Source: an uncultured bacterium (lineage in GTDB: Bacteria > Chloroflexota > UBA5177 > JANWHV01). From it: DNA of 64,000 bases. The position numbers and the translations under genes are program-made. Location of the stretch: assembly GCA_963729625.1 (NCBI GenBank), contig CAVSOU010000008.1:320001-384000 (forward strand), given 5' to 3'. Below, in pieces: positions 51,206 through 61,722 of the stretch (position 1 is its first letter; each line of letters opens with the position of its first letter). Below the pieces are notes generated by a model. That model had not been told where the DNA came from. It did no database searches and saw only the letters and a list, made by a program, of their open reading frames with translations.

Positions 51206-52759
51206 ATGAGTAACACCTTCTACATCACTACCCCCATCTACTATGTGAATGCCGAGCCGAGCACCGGCAGCGCGTACACGACAATCGTGGCCGACACGGT
51301 GACCCGCTACCAGCGCCTGTTTGGCAAGAACAGCCGCATGTTGACCGGAACCGACGAGCACGGCGATAAGGTGGCCCAGGCCGCCGCCGCCGCCGGTGTC
51401 TCGCCATTGGACTACGCCACGCGTATCAGCGACGTGTTCCGCGGCACCTGGCCGCGGCTGGGGATCGAGACAGACGACTTCATCCGTACCACCGAGCCAC
51501 GCCACGCCAAAGTCGTGCAACAGATACTGCAGATCGTGTACGACAAGGGCGAGATCTACTTTGGCGAATACGGGGGTCTCTACTGCTATGGCTGCGAGCG
51601 GTTCTACACCGAGAAAGAGCTGGTAGACGGCAAGTGCCCGCAGCACCGAACCGAGCCGACGTACATAAGCGAGAAGAATTACTTCTTCCGCATGAGCGCG
51701 TACCAGGAGTGGCTGATCCGCCTGCTTGAGGAGCGGCCGGAGATCGTGCGGCCGGACCAGTACCGGCGCGAAGTCCTCGGCTTCCTGCGCGACCCTCTTG
51801 AAGATCTGTGCATTTCGCGCCCCATCGAGCGGCTCACCTGGGGCATTCCGTTGCCGTTTGATGCCAACTACGTGACCTACGTCTGGTTCGACGCCTTGAT
51901 CAACTATGTCTCGGCTCTGGGGTTTCCCGACGGCGATCTGTACAAGACCTACTGGCCGGTAGCGCAACATATCATCGCCAAGGACATCCTGAAGCCGCAT
52001 GCCATCTTCTGGCCGTGCATGCTGCAGGCGGCAGGGATTCCTCTCTTTCAGCACCTGAACGTGCACGGCTACTGGACCATGGCCGGGCAGAAGGGATCGA
52101 AATCGGTCGGCGTCGACGGCAGCCTTGCCGAGGCCATGGCCCTCTTCCGCGCTCCGCTTGACCTGGTGCGCCGATTCGACGTCGACGGCACACGCTACTT
52201 GCTTCTGCGCGAGATGCAGTTTGGGCAGGATAGCGAGTTCAGCCCGGAGGCGCTGGTCCGGCGCTATAACGCGGATCTGGCGCATGACCTGGGAAACCTG
52301 GCGAATCGAGTCGTCAATATGACCGCCCGCTACTTCGATGGGCATATACCCGACCCGCCCGGGGAGACCGACACGGATCGCGACCTGCGCGACGCGGCCA
52401 TCGCCGCGCCCGACGCGGTGAGGTCCGCCATCGACGCCATGCTGCCGCACCAGGCGATCGGCGCGGCAATTGCCCTGGTGAAGCGGACCAACGGCTACCT
52501 GGAGCAGAAGTCGCCCTGGACGGCAGCGAAATCCGGCGACATGGAGAGCGTCGCAACCACCCTGTATTACGCGGGAGAAGCCCTGGGCATCGCCGCTACA
52601 CTGCTGCTACCGGTCATGCCGCGAAAGATGGCAGCGCTTCGCCAGGCCCTCGCATTGCCCGATCAGCCGCATGTCGGAGGTTGGGGCCACCTGGAGCCCG
52701 GCGCCGCCTTGGGCGCGTTGCCCATCCTCTTCCCGAAGATCGAGGAAGCTTCAGCCTGA
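51206..52759 (+). CDS. metG: Methionine--tRNA ligase (short form) with atypical signature motifs
   Basis: FYITTPIYYVN, LTGTDEHG, CYGCE..CPQH, YVWFDALINY, KDI...HAIFWP, LGNL.NR; HIGH reads STGS, KMSKS reads KGSKS. Confidence 0.9.
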   Translation: MSNTFYITTPIYYVNAEPSTGSAYTTIVADTVTRYQRLFGKNSRMLTGTDEHGDKVAQAAAAAGVSPLDYATRISDVFRGTWPRLGIETDDFIRTTEPRHAKVVQQILQIVYDKGEIYFGEYGGLYCYGCERFYTEKELVDGKCPQHRTEPTYISEKNYFFRMSAYQEWLIRLLEERPEIVRPDQYRREVLGFLRDPLEDLCISRPIERLTWGIPLPFDANYVTYVWFDALINYVSALGFPDGDLYKTYWPVAQHIIAKDILKPHAIFWPCMLQAAGIPLFQHLNVHGYWTMAGQKGSKSVGVDGSLAEAMALFRAPLDLVRRFDVDGTRYLLLREMQFGQDSEFSPEALVRRYNADLAHDLGNLANRVVNMTARYFDGHIPDPPGETDTDRDLRDAAIAAPDAVRSAIDAMLPHQAIGAAIALVKRTNGYLEQKSPWTAAKSGDMESVATTLYYAGEALGIAATLLLPVMPRKMAALRQALALPDQPHVGGWGHLEPGAALGALPILFPKIEEASA

Positions 52760-52859
52760 GGGAGGATGAGCGACGCCACGACACTGAAGGTGGCGCCGGC
52801 GAAAGGCTCGGCTCACCAGGTCGCGCTCAAGTGTTGCATGCCCTTGCCCAATACGATCG

Positions 52860-53195
52860 CCGATCGTCCGTGCCGCGTACTCGCCGACGAGCACCTTGGG
52901 AGCGTCGTGGCTGTAGCTATCGAAGTAGGTTGCGTGGCTGTAGCTATCGAAGTAGGTTGCGTGGCTGACAAACCAATCGGGCGTTTCATAGAAATGCGGC
53001 TCGAACAGGTCCGGCCTCCGGCTGTTGATGTCGGCAGACGTTGAGATCAGCTTGATCGAGGGGTACGCCGCCTTGATCGCGTCGGAGAACTGGGCGACCT
53101 CTTGGGGGCCTGTGCAGCTCCCAGCATAGTACGAGACGCGATAGGCCGCGCGTGGCCGTACTGGAATGCCGAAATAGCCTGGATTGGCCTCGCCG
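52860..53195 (-). pseudogene. Collapsed GH51 alpha-L-arabinofuranosidase remnant
   Basis: ANPGYFGIPV...Y joined to QF.DAIKAAYP.IKLI...H.Y..PDWF......FDSY....PKVLVGEYA. Confidence 0.75.
52906..52967. repeat. 27-bp tandem duplication (2.3 copies)
   Basis: CGTGGCTGTAGCTATCGAAGTAGGTTG x2 plus CGTGGCTG. Confidence 0.9.
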
Positions 53196-53443
53196 ATGCG
53201 CTCGCCTGCGGCTACATGCGAGACAGGCAACCGCAAGCTCTCTGTACGGGCCCGCTCACGCGTGCGGAGCTGCCGGGACACTTGCGGCCGGTGCCGAGCA
53301 GCGGAAGGCCCGACAATACCGGACGGCACGGCGCTTGGACTCTTCCCAGGCCGCACCACGCCGCGCCGCCGTACCGCGTGCGGGCCCGTCCAGAAGATGG
53401 ACGGGCGTTACACTCAGGAGTAGAGCGATACAGGAGCACGGTG

Positions 53444-54625
53444 TTGAGGATCATTCTCTACACGGGCAAAGGTGGCGTCGGCAAGACAAGCACGGCCGCC
53501 GCGACGGCACTTCGCTGCGCCGACCGCGGCCAGCGCACCATCGTCGTCAGCACCGACATCGCCCATAGCCTGGCGGATTCGTTCGATATGCCGTTAGGCC
53601 CCGAGCCCGTGCAGGTTGCCTCCAACCTCTGGGCGCAGGAGACCGACGTCTACTACAACGTCGATCGTTATTACCGCGTCATCCAGGATTGGATGCACAC
53701 GCTGTTCACGTGGCGTGGACTGGACGACGTGATGGCCGAAGAGCTGGCCATATTGCCGGGCATGGACGAATTGTCCAGCCTCTTTTGGATCTCCGACCAT
53801 CACGACTCCGGCAACTTCGACACGATCATCATCGATTGCGCACCGACCGGCGAGACACTGCGCCTCCTGGCAATTCCTGACAGTGCCCGCTGGTGGCTGG
53901 AGAAGGTCCTCCCGGTGCAGCGCCGCATAGCGCAGGTCACCGGTCCGGTGGTGCGCCGTTTCACCGGCATGCCCGTGCCGAACAGCGCCGTCTTCGACGC
54001 GGGCGAGGCGCTATTCCACAGGCTGGATCGCATGCATACGCTGCTTTCCGACCCCGACCTGACGTCCGTCCGCCTGGTGGTCAACGCCGAGAAGATGGTA
54101 ATCAAGGAGGCCCAGCGGACGTACACCTACTTGAACCTCTACGGCTACGCGATCGACCTCGTCATATGCAACCGCATGCTGCCCGAGGGAGCCGAGGACG
54201 GCTATCTTGCCATCTGGCGGCAGCAGCAAGCACGCCATCGACAGACCATCGACGAGGCTTTCTCACCGCTGCCCATACGGCAGGCGCCCTATTTCGAGCA
54301 GGAGGTGTTTGGCCTGCCCATGCTCCGCCGCCTTGGCGAGGCCGTCTTCGAGCAGGACGACCCGAGCACGTTCTTCTATCGAGGCCGACCGTACGAGGTG
54401 ATGAGGGATGGGGACAACTATCGGCTTGAGATGACGCTGCCGTTCATGAGCAAGGAGCAGGTCACGGCGAAGCGGCTGGGCGACGAGCTGTTATTGCAGG
54501 TAGGCAGCTATCGTCGTACTTTGGTGTTACCACGCGCGCTCGTCGATCTGCGCGTCGAGTCGGCAGCCATGCAGGATTCCAAGCTTACTATCGCGTTTGG
54601 AGGGAAGAGAGATGGCACAGCCTAA
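53444..54625 (+). CDS. ArsA/GET3-family ATPase with C-terminal HSP20-like domain
   Basis: TGKGGVGKT, STDIAHSL, DCAPTGETLRLL, C-terminal 'GDELLLQVGSYRRTLVLP'. Confidence 0.92.
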   Translation: MRIILYTGKGGVGKTSTAAATALRCADRGQRTIVVSTDIAHSLADSFDMPLGPEPVQVASNLWAQETDVYYNVDRYYRVIQDWMHTLFTWRGLDDVMAEELAILPGMDELSSLFWISDHHDSGNFDTIIIDCAPTGETLRLLAIPDSARWWLEKVLPVQRRIAQVTGPVVRRFTGMPVPNSAVFDAGEALFHRLDRMHTLLSDPDLTSVRLVVNAEKMVIKEAQRTYTYLNLYGYAIDLVICNRMLPEGAEDGYLAIWRQQQARHRQTIDEAFSPLPIRQAPYFEQEVFGLPMLRRLGEAVFEQDDPSTFFYRGRPYEVMRDGDNYRLEMTLPFMSKEQVTAKRLGDELLLQVGSYRRTLVLPRALVDLRVESAAMQDSKLTIAFGGKRDGTA

Positions 54626-54878
54626 CGCTCCGATAGCCAGTGAAAGCCTTGAGGAAAAGGTGCGACGGCTCGAAGATCAGGTCCGCGAGCTGCGCCAGCG
54701 GGAGGCCCTGTGGCCCGGGTCGCTCGTGCGCCTTCTGCTGCCGTCCGAGGTTCGGAAGCATCTGCGCGCCGCCCAGCGCGAGCGCCTGCTTGCCGTGCGT
54801 GCTCTGATCGACGCGGCCATTCAGCGAACGGAGGAAGCGCCTGGTCCCAAGCGCGCGGAGAGCCTGCACATCGAGTAG
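54612..54878 (+). CDS. Small helical hypothetical protein coupled to the ArsA ATPase
   Basis: Overlaps the arsA stop; 'EVRKHLRAAQRERLLAVRALID'. Confidence 0.75.
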   Translation: MAQPNAPIASESLEEKVRRLEDQVRELRQREALWPGSLVRLLLPSEVRKHLRAAQRERLLAVRALIDAAIQRTEEAPGPKRAESLHIE

Positions 54879-54908
54879 CGCTCGAACCGTGGCGCTTTTG
54901 CGCAATTC

Positions 54909-55292
54909 GTGGTTTCACCCACACAGTACCGGTTTTCCGATGTCGTGGTCACGTGCGATGAGCGCGATCGTGGCGCGGCACGGGAAGCACAGAGCCCGCG
55001 CGTCGTGCTAGAAGTGCTCTCCGACTCGACCGAGCGGGAAGATCGCACCGATAAGTTTGCCCTGGTGCGCACCTGTCCCAGCGTCCAAGAATATGTGTTG
55101 ATCTTGACGCGGTACCAAGCAGTGGAAGTCTACCGCCGCGCGGAGCCTCACTGGACGTACGAGGGTTACGGACCAGAGGATAGCGTGGAGTTGACGAGCA
55201 TCGGCGTACGGCTCTTGGTCTCAGACCTCTATCAGCTCACGGACGTCCCAGGGCGCAGTGAGCCGCGGCAGCACGGAGAGAGCAGGACATGA
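54909..55292 (+). pseudogene. N-terminally truncated Uma2 family endonuclease
   Basis: DVVVTCD, P.VVLEVLSDSTE..DR..KF, VQEYVLI; N-terminal ~70 aa absent. Confidence 0.72.
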
Positions 55293-55316
55293 CACGTCAC
55301 CGTACCACTATGCCTG

Positions 55317-56285
55317 TCAGTTCCGCGCTTCCAGCCTGACGGCTGCCGCGCGCCGGGCCGGCCATGGCACACGCAGCCGCTCCTGCGAGACGGCCACGCC
55401 AAGAACGACGACCACGGCGCCGATTGGCTGGTTCCAGCTCAGGTGCTCACCGAGGAAAGCCACGCCCGCTACCGTCGAGAAGAGCGGGATCACATAGGTT
55501 ACGGTCGAGGTGACCGTGGCTCCGGCATCGCGTACCAGCGCATAGTTCAACACGTAGGCAATACCGGTGCCCAGTGCGCCGAGGGCAAAAATGCTCAACA
55601 CCACCCGAAGCGGTATGGTGGCCGGCATGTGCGTGGTGAAAGGTGCGACGACGCCGAGCTCGACGGTGCCGCACAGCAACTGGCCGGCCGCTAGCGCCAG
55701 CATGGACTCCGATCTGCCGGTCAATACCCGCCGCGAATAGGGATAGCCAAGACCGTAGCAGCCGGCCGCCGCCAGGCAGGCCAGGCTTCCGAGCAGCGCG
55801 GCCCCGCCAAGCCCGCTCCAGATACCCAGCACCACCAGGACACCCAGGAAGCCGATCGCCAGTCCGGCAACGCGCGACCGCGTCGGGCGCTCCTCCGGCA
55901 AGGCCGCGAGCACCACCACGAGCGTGAGAAGCGGGGTCGTGGCATTCCAGATGCCTGCCAGGACCGACGTTACATGTGTCTCGCCGTAGGCAAAGAGCGT
56001 AAACGGCAGCGTGTTGAGCAACAGTGCCGCCGCCGCCAGCCTGATCCAGATCGAGCCGAAGGCAGGCAGTCCCTCGCGCCTGACGGCAAGAATAATCAAC
56101 AATGTGCCTGTGCCCACCGCCATGCGGCCGAGCGCGACCTGCACCGGCGCCAACACTTCGTCGCCGACCTTGATGAACAGGAAGCTCATGCCCCAAATGG
56201 CTGCTAGCAGGAGGAAGCGGCCGCGCCAATCTGATGTTTCCCGATCGGGATGAGGGGCCGATTGTCGATGGTTCTTGAAGCTCAT
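55317..56285 (-). CDS. DMT/EamA family transporter
   Basis: IWGMSFLFIK, NATTPL, LGTGIAY, FLGE.L. Confidence 0.92.
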   Translation of the reverse strand: MSFKNHRQSAPHPDRETSDWRGRFLLLAAIWGMSFLFIKVGDEVLAPVQVALGRMAVGTGTLLIILAVRREGLPAFGSIWIRLAAAALLLNTLPFTLFAYGETHVTSVLAGIWNATTPLLTLVVVLAALPEERPTRSRVAGLAIGFLGVLVVLGIWSGLGGAALLGSLACLAAAGCYGLGYPYSRRVLTGRSESMLALAAGQLLCGTVELGVVAPFTTHMPATIPLRVVLSIFALGALGTGIAYVLNYALVRDAGATVTSTVTYVIPLFSTVAGVAFLGEHLSWNQPIGAVVVVLGVAVSQERLRVPWPARRAAAVRLEARN

Positions 56286-56469
56286 TCCCCTACTGTACCG
56301 GAGTCGGACTCGCCGGCGCTGGCGGAATCCGGACATGGTCGTGGGCGAGTTGCCGACACCATGAAGCAACTGCTGGAGCAGCTCCGCTCGAGACTACTCC
56401 AGCAGTCGCAGAGACATATACCGGGGTCAACCTAGGCGGCGAATTCTGACGCATCACCGCAAAGAGGCG

Positions 56470-57657
56470 CTAGAACTGCCCTTGGGCGATTCCCGCAACG
56501 GTGATTCCAGAGGGCGTGGCACCGGCCGGCAACGCCATCGGTGAGGTTGGGCTTGCCAACATGTAACCGTCATGGAGATGGACCATGCTCACGGCCTTGG
56601 GGCCGTTATCGATCCCATAGAGGTTGCGGCCACTCGGATCGACGCGCAGGTCGAGCGGAGCCGGGCCAGTGCCGGCCATGGGAAGATCCCCGAGCAGGGA
56701 CAGCGATCCATCGAAGTTGATGGCGTAGCTCGAGATGGAGCCGCTCCCGGTGTTGGCGGTGAAGAGATACTGGCCATCGGGCGAGATCGCCACCCAGCAA
56801 GGAGCTGCCTGCTGATCCGCAAAGGGGGAGGTGCCAATCGACGTCAAGGCACCATTCCAGGCTACGTGAAACGCGGACACCGTGCCAAGAAGCGCGCCGT
56901 TGTGGGCGTTGGAGACAAACAGCTGGGAGGGATTGGTGGGCCGGAACGCGCTGCCGAATGGACCGGCGCCTTGCGCAGTGAACGGCGAGCCGGATGCCGG
57001 CGTGAGCCCGCCCTGCCGGTTCACCATAAAGCTGTCGATCAGGTTATCGGCAACCTCGACGCCGATCAGGTGCGTGCCGTCGCCGCTGAAGAGCACGTCG
57101 CCGAGATCGTTGGCGGCGCCGGGGACCTGCACCGGCGCGCTGGTCACGGGCGATAGCTGGCCGGCACCATTTAGGAAGAAGCCGGCATAGTTGGCGGAGA
57201 CGGAAGAGATAGCCGAGCCGTCATTCGCCACGTACACCAAGGGTCCATGGACCGCGATGCTCACCGGCTGAACACCGCCGGAGGCGAACGGGCTGTTGGC
57301 TACCGGCAGGAGGCCGCCGCCGGGCTGGATAGTCAGGACCGAGATCTGGTTGCTGCCCCCATCCGCCACGAGGAGGAAGCGGTCATCCGGCGTGACCTGT
57401 ATGGCATCCTGCGAGCCAAGACCCTTGCCGAGGCCCGCCCCGCCCACCGCGAACGGGGAGCCGGGGAGGACCGTCAGCGAGCCATCGGCGTTCTCGCTGT
57501 ATCCGGCGACGGTGTTCCCGGCGGCCGTGTTGTCATTCACATAGACATATGCCGGCGCGTTTCGGTCAGCGAGGATGTGCTGCGCCGAGCTTACCGTCCC
57601 ACCTGCCGCCAGGGCAAGCAGGCCGGCGATTGCGGCGAGACGTGGTAGTACCTGCAT
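56470..57657 (-). CDS. Secreted lactonase-family beta-propeller protein
   Basis: Signal peptide; repeated 'GSL....SPF..GG..P', APCWVAISPDG. Confidence 0.88.
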   Translation of the reverse strand: MQVLPRLAAIAGLLALAAGGTVSSAQHILADRNAPAYVYVNDNTAAGNTVAGYSENADGSLTVLPGSPFAVGGAGLGKGLGSQDAIQVTPDDRFLLVADGGSNQISVLTIQPGGGLLPVANSPFASGGVQPVSIAVHGPLVYVANDGSAISSVSANYAGFFLNGAGQLSPVTSAPVQVPGAANDLGDVLFSGDGTHLIGVEVADNLIDSFMVNRQGGLTPASGSPFTAQGAGPFGSAFRPTNPSQLFVSNAHNGALLGTVSAFHVAWNGALTSIGTSPFADQQAAPCWVAISPDGQYLFTANTGSGSISSYAINFDGSLSLLGDLPMAGTGPAPLDLRVDPSGRNLYGIDNGPKAVSMVHLHDGYMLASPTSPMALPAGATPSGITVAGIAQGQF

Positions 57658-58113
57658 GGTGACGCTCTCCTGTACTGCTATGTTGTGCGCTGAGCGTATA
57701 CTCGCTCAGTCCGCGTGATGCTATGGACGTGGGTCTCGACTGGGTGCGCAACGCGCTGCGCGGCATCGCCGGCTTCGGGGCGAAAGTGGGTATCGGTGTC
57801 CGGGGCCGCTGGAGCCCGCGCGTAGGCAGGTTGTTGGCCTGCCCAGCCGGTTGCGCGTGCGGCTATGCTGCGCGCACTATCTTGGGTTGATGGAGCCTCC
57901 TTTCGATCCCGCTGGCGCTGGACTTTATCAACTCACCCACACTCTCTAGTCTTGCCAGGCGGCCAAACGTTACGGAGCGATTGTGTTTGCCCTCGAATCC
58001 CTGATCGGGTACCGTGGTCGCCGCTACGCATGTTGCTCCGAGAGTGAGCGCGCGACGAGTGGCACGAATCCAACACGGCACGCCGGACGAATCTCTCTCA
58101 CGGGGAGGGAAAG

Positions 58114-58815
58114 ATGGAGCAGTCGGCAACGAACGCAGTCGATCGTCTACCTGGCGTGCATGGCTCCGGAGATGGGTTGGTGGTCGCGGCACTGCAACGG
58201 GGCGACGAGACTGCCTTTGCCGCGCTGATCGAGGCGTATCACGCCTCCATGATGCGCGTTGCTCTGGTCTATGTATCGCACATGGACGTGGCGCGAGAAG
58301 TCGTCCAGGAAACCTGGCTGGAGGTGTTCCGCGGTCTGGCAAGGTTTGAAGGCCGCTCGTCGCTCAAGACCTGGATCTTCCGCATCCTCGCCAACACTGC
58401 CAAGAGCCGCGGCCAGCAAGAAGCACGCAGTGTGCCATTCTCCGCGCTCCCCGGCCGCGATGCCGATCTGGACGGGCCCGCTGTGCCGCCTGAGCGCTTT
58501 CGTCACAGCGAGCCGTGGCAAGGGGGCTGGCTCATTGCGCCTTCCAGTTGGGAGGATCGCCCAGAAAACCTCACTCTTTCGAGGGAAGCGCAGGCCTGCA
58601 TCGACGCGGCGATAGCAGCACTTTCCCCTCAGCAGCGTGAGGTAATCCGGCTGCGCGACGTGGTCGGTTGCACGGCGGACGAAGTCTGCGCCCTCCTCGA
58701 CATCAGCGCCGCCAATCAGCGCGTCTTGCTGCATCGCGCCCGTTCCAAAGTGCGCGGTGTTCTTGAAGCGTATTTCGATCCCGATCTCGGTGCGACCTCC
58801 GGTCACGTGCCTTGA
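58114..58815 (+). CDS. ECF RNA polymerase sigma factor
   Basis: EVVQETWL, FEGRSSLKTWIFRI, L...QREVI.LRD, NQRVLLHRARSKVR. Confidence 0.93.
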   Translation: MEQSATNAVDRLPGVHGSGDGLVVAALQRGDETAFAALIEAYHASMMRVALVYVSHMDVAREVVQETWLEVFRGLARFEGRSSLKTWIFRILANTAKSRGQQEARSVPFSALPGRDADLDGPAVPPERFRHSEPWQGGWLIAPSSWEDRPENLTLSREAQACIDAAIAALSPQQREVIRLRDVVGCTADEVCALLDISAANQRVLLHRARSKVRGVLEAYFDPDLGATSGHVP

Positions 58816-59005
58816 GCCCGCACAGTGTGTTGACCGGGGTGTGCCTCGATTCGGCCGCAACACTGCTGTAACAACTTGGCACCTCGCGGGACTATACTCT
58901 ATACGGGCGAGTGTGGATAGCGGGAGATTTCCGAGCAACTGCGGTGCGCCTCGAAGGCTACTCCTGCGCCCCGGTGTTCCGCCTGGGTGTGCCAAAAGGT
59001 ATGTG

Positions 59006-59254
59006 ATGATGGCGACGAACGAGCTAACCTGTCAAGAGCTGGTTGAGCTCGTGACCGAATACCTCGAGGAGACACTCCCCCCAGAGGCGAAACGACGATT
59101 TGAAGCGCATATCGACATGTGCGCTCCATGCACGATATACCTGGCACAAATGCGCCAGGCCATCGCCATGACCGGCTGGCTGCGTGAAGACGACCTTGAG
59201 CCGCACATTAAGGAAAAGCTGCTCGACCTCTTTCGCCATTGGAGAGCAGGCTGA
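59006..59254 (+). CDS. zf-HC2 (ZAS) soluble anti-sigma factor
   Basis: CQELVELVTEYLE...HIDMCAPC (Hx3Cx2C). Confidence 0.9.
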   Translation: MMATNELTCQELVELVTEYLEETLPPEAKRRFEAHIDMCAPCTIYLAQMRQAIAMTGWLREDDLEPHIKEKLLDLFRHWRAG

Positions 59255-59324
59255 TGCCTCAAGTGGGCAATGGCAGGCAACCGTCCACGCCGACCTTCGG
59301 CCTGACCAATGCCACGCGTTCCTG

Positions 59325-60551
59325 CTACATCGCCGCCATCTCGACCATAGCTGGCGTGGGCATCCCGCTGGTAAGCGGCTCGATATAGCGGCGGATGGCC
59401 AGCGCGACCGCCGCTCCTTCGCCCGCAGCGGAGGCTGCCTGCTTGGTGCTGCCGGCACGGCAGTCGCCCGCGGCGAAGAGGCCCGGCACGTCAGTCTGGA
59501 GCATGCCGTCGGTGCACACGAAGCCCTGCGCGTCGAGCATCGCCACGCCTTTTACCAGAGCGGTATTGGGACTCAGACCAATGAAGACAAACACCCCATC
59601 CGGATGTAGCTCCCGCACGTCCCCCGTCCTAGTGTCCCGCACGACCACCGTTTGCAGCTTGTCGGTACCCCGAAACTCGGCAGGGGTCGCGTTGGTAAGC
59701 ACCGTCATCCGGGGATGCATATGTACTTTCTCCACCACCACCTTGCTGGCCGAGAGGGCATCAGCGCGAGTGACGATCGTGACATGCTCGGCAAACTTCG
59801 TCAGGAAGATCCCCTCCTCGCCCGCGGAATTGCCTCCGCCGATCACCAGCACGTCTTTGCCGCGGTAGAAAGCGCCGTCGCAGGTGGCGCAGAAGTGCAC
59901 GCCGGCGCCGATGAAGTCCTCCTCGCCGGGAATGCCCAGGCGGCGATAGGTAGAACCGAGCGCCAGCAGGACAGCCCACGCACGATACTCGTTGCCGTCG
60001 GCGGTGCACACCACCCGGTAGTTGCCGTCGACTCCGATGCTCGTCACCTCCTGCGCGGAGAGGATCTCCACGCCGAACCGCTCCGATTGCTGGCGAAGGC
60101 GGCCGGCGAACTCCGCGCCGGTGATACCCTCCGGGAATCCGGGGAAGTTGTCCAGGCGCTCCGTAATGCCGGCCTGTCCGCCGATGCCGGCGCGCTCGAT
60201 CACCAGGGTGTCTATCCCTTCGCGGGCGGCGTAGAGCGCGGCAGTCAGACCAGCAGGCCCGCTGCCGACCACGATCAGATCATAGAAGCGGTTCCTAGCC
60301 ATCGTCTGCAGGCCGAGCTTGGCTGCAAGCTCGGCGTTCGAGGGTTCCACCAGGGTCGATCCATCTTCGAAGACGATTACGGGAATAATGTGCTTGCCGC
60401 CGTTGGCCCGCTCGACCACGGCCAATCCCTGGGCATCGGCGTCCACGTCCACGAAGCTGTAGTGAACTCGCTGCTCGCCAAAGAACATCTTGGTCCGTTT
60501 GCAGTCGCTGCACCAGTGTGTGCCGTAGAGAGTGATGTTGGTGTGCGACAT
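59325..60551 (-). CDS. Glutaredoxin/mycoredoxin-like domain fused to thioredoxin reductase
   Basis: WCSDC; GSGPAG, CATCDG, GGGNSA, FAAGD. Confidence 0.92.
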   Translation of the reverse strand: MSHTNITLYGTHWCSDCKRTKMFFGEQRVHYSFVDVDADAQGLAVVERANGGKHIIPVIVFEDGSTLVEPSNAELAAKLGLQTMARNRFYDLIVVGSGPAGLTAALYAAREGIDTLVIERAGIGGQAGITERLDNFPGFPEGITGAEFAGRLRQQSERFGVEILSAQEVTSIGVDGNYRVVCTADGNEYRAWAVLLALGSTYRRLGIPGEEDFIGAGVHFCATCDGAFYRGKDVLVIGGGNSAGEEGIFLTKFAEHVTIVTRADALSASKVVVEKVHMHPRMTVLTNATPAEFRGTDKLQTVVVRDTRTGDVRELHPDGVFVFIGLSPNTALVKGVAMLDAQGFVCTDGMLQTDVPGLFAAGDCRAGSTKQAASAAGEGAAVALAIRRYIEPLTSGMPTPAMVEMAAM

Positions 60552-60917
60552 TCCAGATTCTCCTTCCTCCAGCCAGATTCTCACCGTCCCGGCGGCCAAC
60601 CGTAGCGAATTTGAACGGCGTACCTTGTCGAATGATGCGTGTAGAACTGCCTGCGCGATGGGTCTGCCGGCGTGGCGAGTTGGCACCACGGCGCGGCTTT
60701 GACGCGGGGAAGGACCCGCGTTGTCACTTAAGGATATCGAGAACCCGGCGGACTTGCGGGCCCTCTAGCGATTGCAGACGTGAGCCACCGAAGCGCTTCC
60801 ATGCGCGAACGTCGCACACCCGGCGCGAGCCTGGGCATAGAGCCGCACACAGCGTGCTCGTCAGACGAGGAGCGGGCCCAGCCGAAAGGTTGCGCACGGC
60901 GATCGGGTGATCGGTGC

Positions 60918-61694
60918 TTAGTTCCCGCGAAAGACGGGCTTTCGCTTCTCCAGGAACGCGTTGATCCCTTCCTGGTAGTCGTTGCTGTCGTAGACCTCGC
61001 GGCGCAGGGCCTGAATGCGTTCATACGCTTCCGGGTTCAACGGATGCGCGCCCGCCAGGACACGGATCTCTTCCTTCATAATCCTGTGCACGAGTGGCGC
61101 CGCCTCGGTAATCTTTCTTGCCAGATCCATGGTGAACGGTTGCAGTCGATCGCGCGGCACGACGTGATTGATCACGCCGCAGGCCAGGAGCCGCGCCGCC
61201 GGAACCGGCTCGGCGGTAAATAGCATCTCTTTGATGAAATGCATATCGGCACCGTTCATGAAATTGAGAATGCCGGACAGGTTGTAGGGAACGCCGAGCC
61301 TCGCCGGCGTGATGGCAAACGTGGCGTCGTTGGCGGCAATGATCAGATCGCAGCTCATGACCAGCTCACACGCCCCGCCCCAGACGGAACCCTCGATCAT
61401 CGCCATGACCGGGAGCGGGCACGTTTCGATCTTGCGCACAACCGTGCGCAGGGGATCATTGTAGGTCAGTGGATCGCGGCCATTGGTTGGGAGCTCCCGC
61501 ACGTCATGGCCGGCAGAGAAAATAGCGGCCCCTTCCGGTGCGCGGAGAATCACGACGCGGGCCCCCTGGCACGTCATCTCCTCCAGAGCCGTGGTAAGGT
61601 CGGCCATCAGCTCCTTGTTGAGAGCATTGACCCGCCCATGATTCAAGGTGATGGTGCCGATTGTGTCGGCAATACTGGTGAGAACAAGCGGCAT
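60918..61694 (-). CDS. scpB: Methylmalonyl-CoA decarboxylase (crotonase family)
   Basis: FSAGHDVRELP..GRDPL.Y.DPL, EGSVWGGA, YDS.DYQEG..AFLEKRKPVF. Confidence 0.88.
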   Translation of the reverse strand: MPLVLTSIADTIGTITLNHGRVNALNKELMADLTTALEEMTCQGARVVILRAPEGAAIFSAGHDVRELPTNGRDPLTYNDPLRTVVRKIETCPLPVMAMIEGSVWGGACELVMSCDLIIAANDATFAITPARLGVPYNLSGILNFMNGADMHFIKEMLFTAEPVPAARLLACGVINHVVPRDRLQPFTMDLARKITEAAPLVHRIMKEEIRVLAGAHPLNPEAYERIQALRREVYDSNDYQEGINAFLEKRKPVFRGN

Positions 61695-61722
61695 GTTGCG
61701 GTCCCTTTCGACAGGCTCCGGG

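Noticed and set aside
52906-52967. 27-bp repeat as CRISPR
   Set aside because: Head-to-tail with no spacer; an in-frame duplication inside a GH51 remnant
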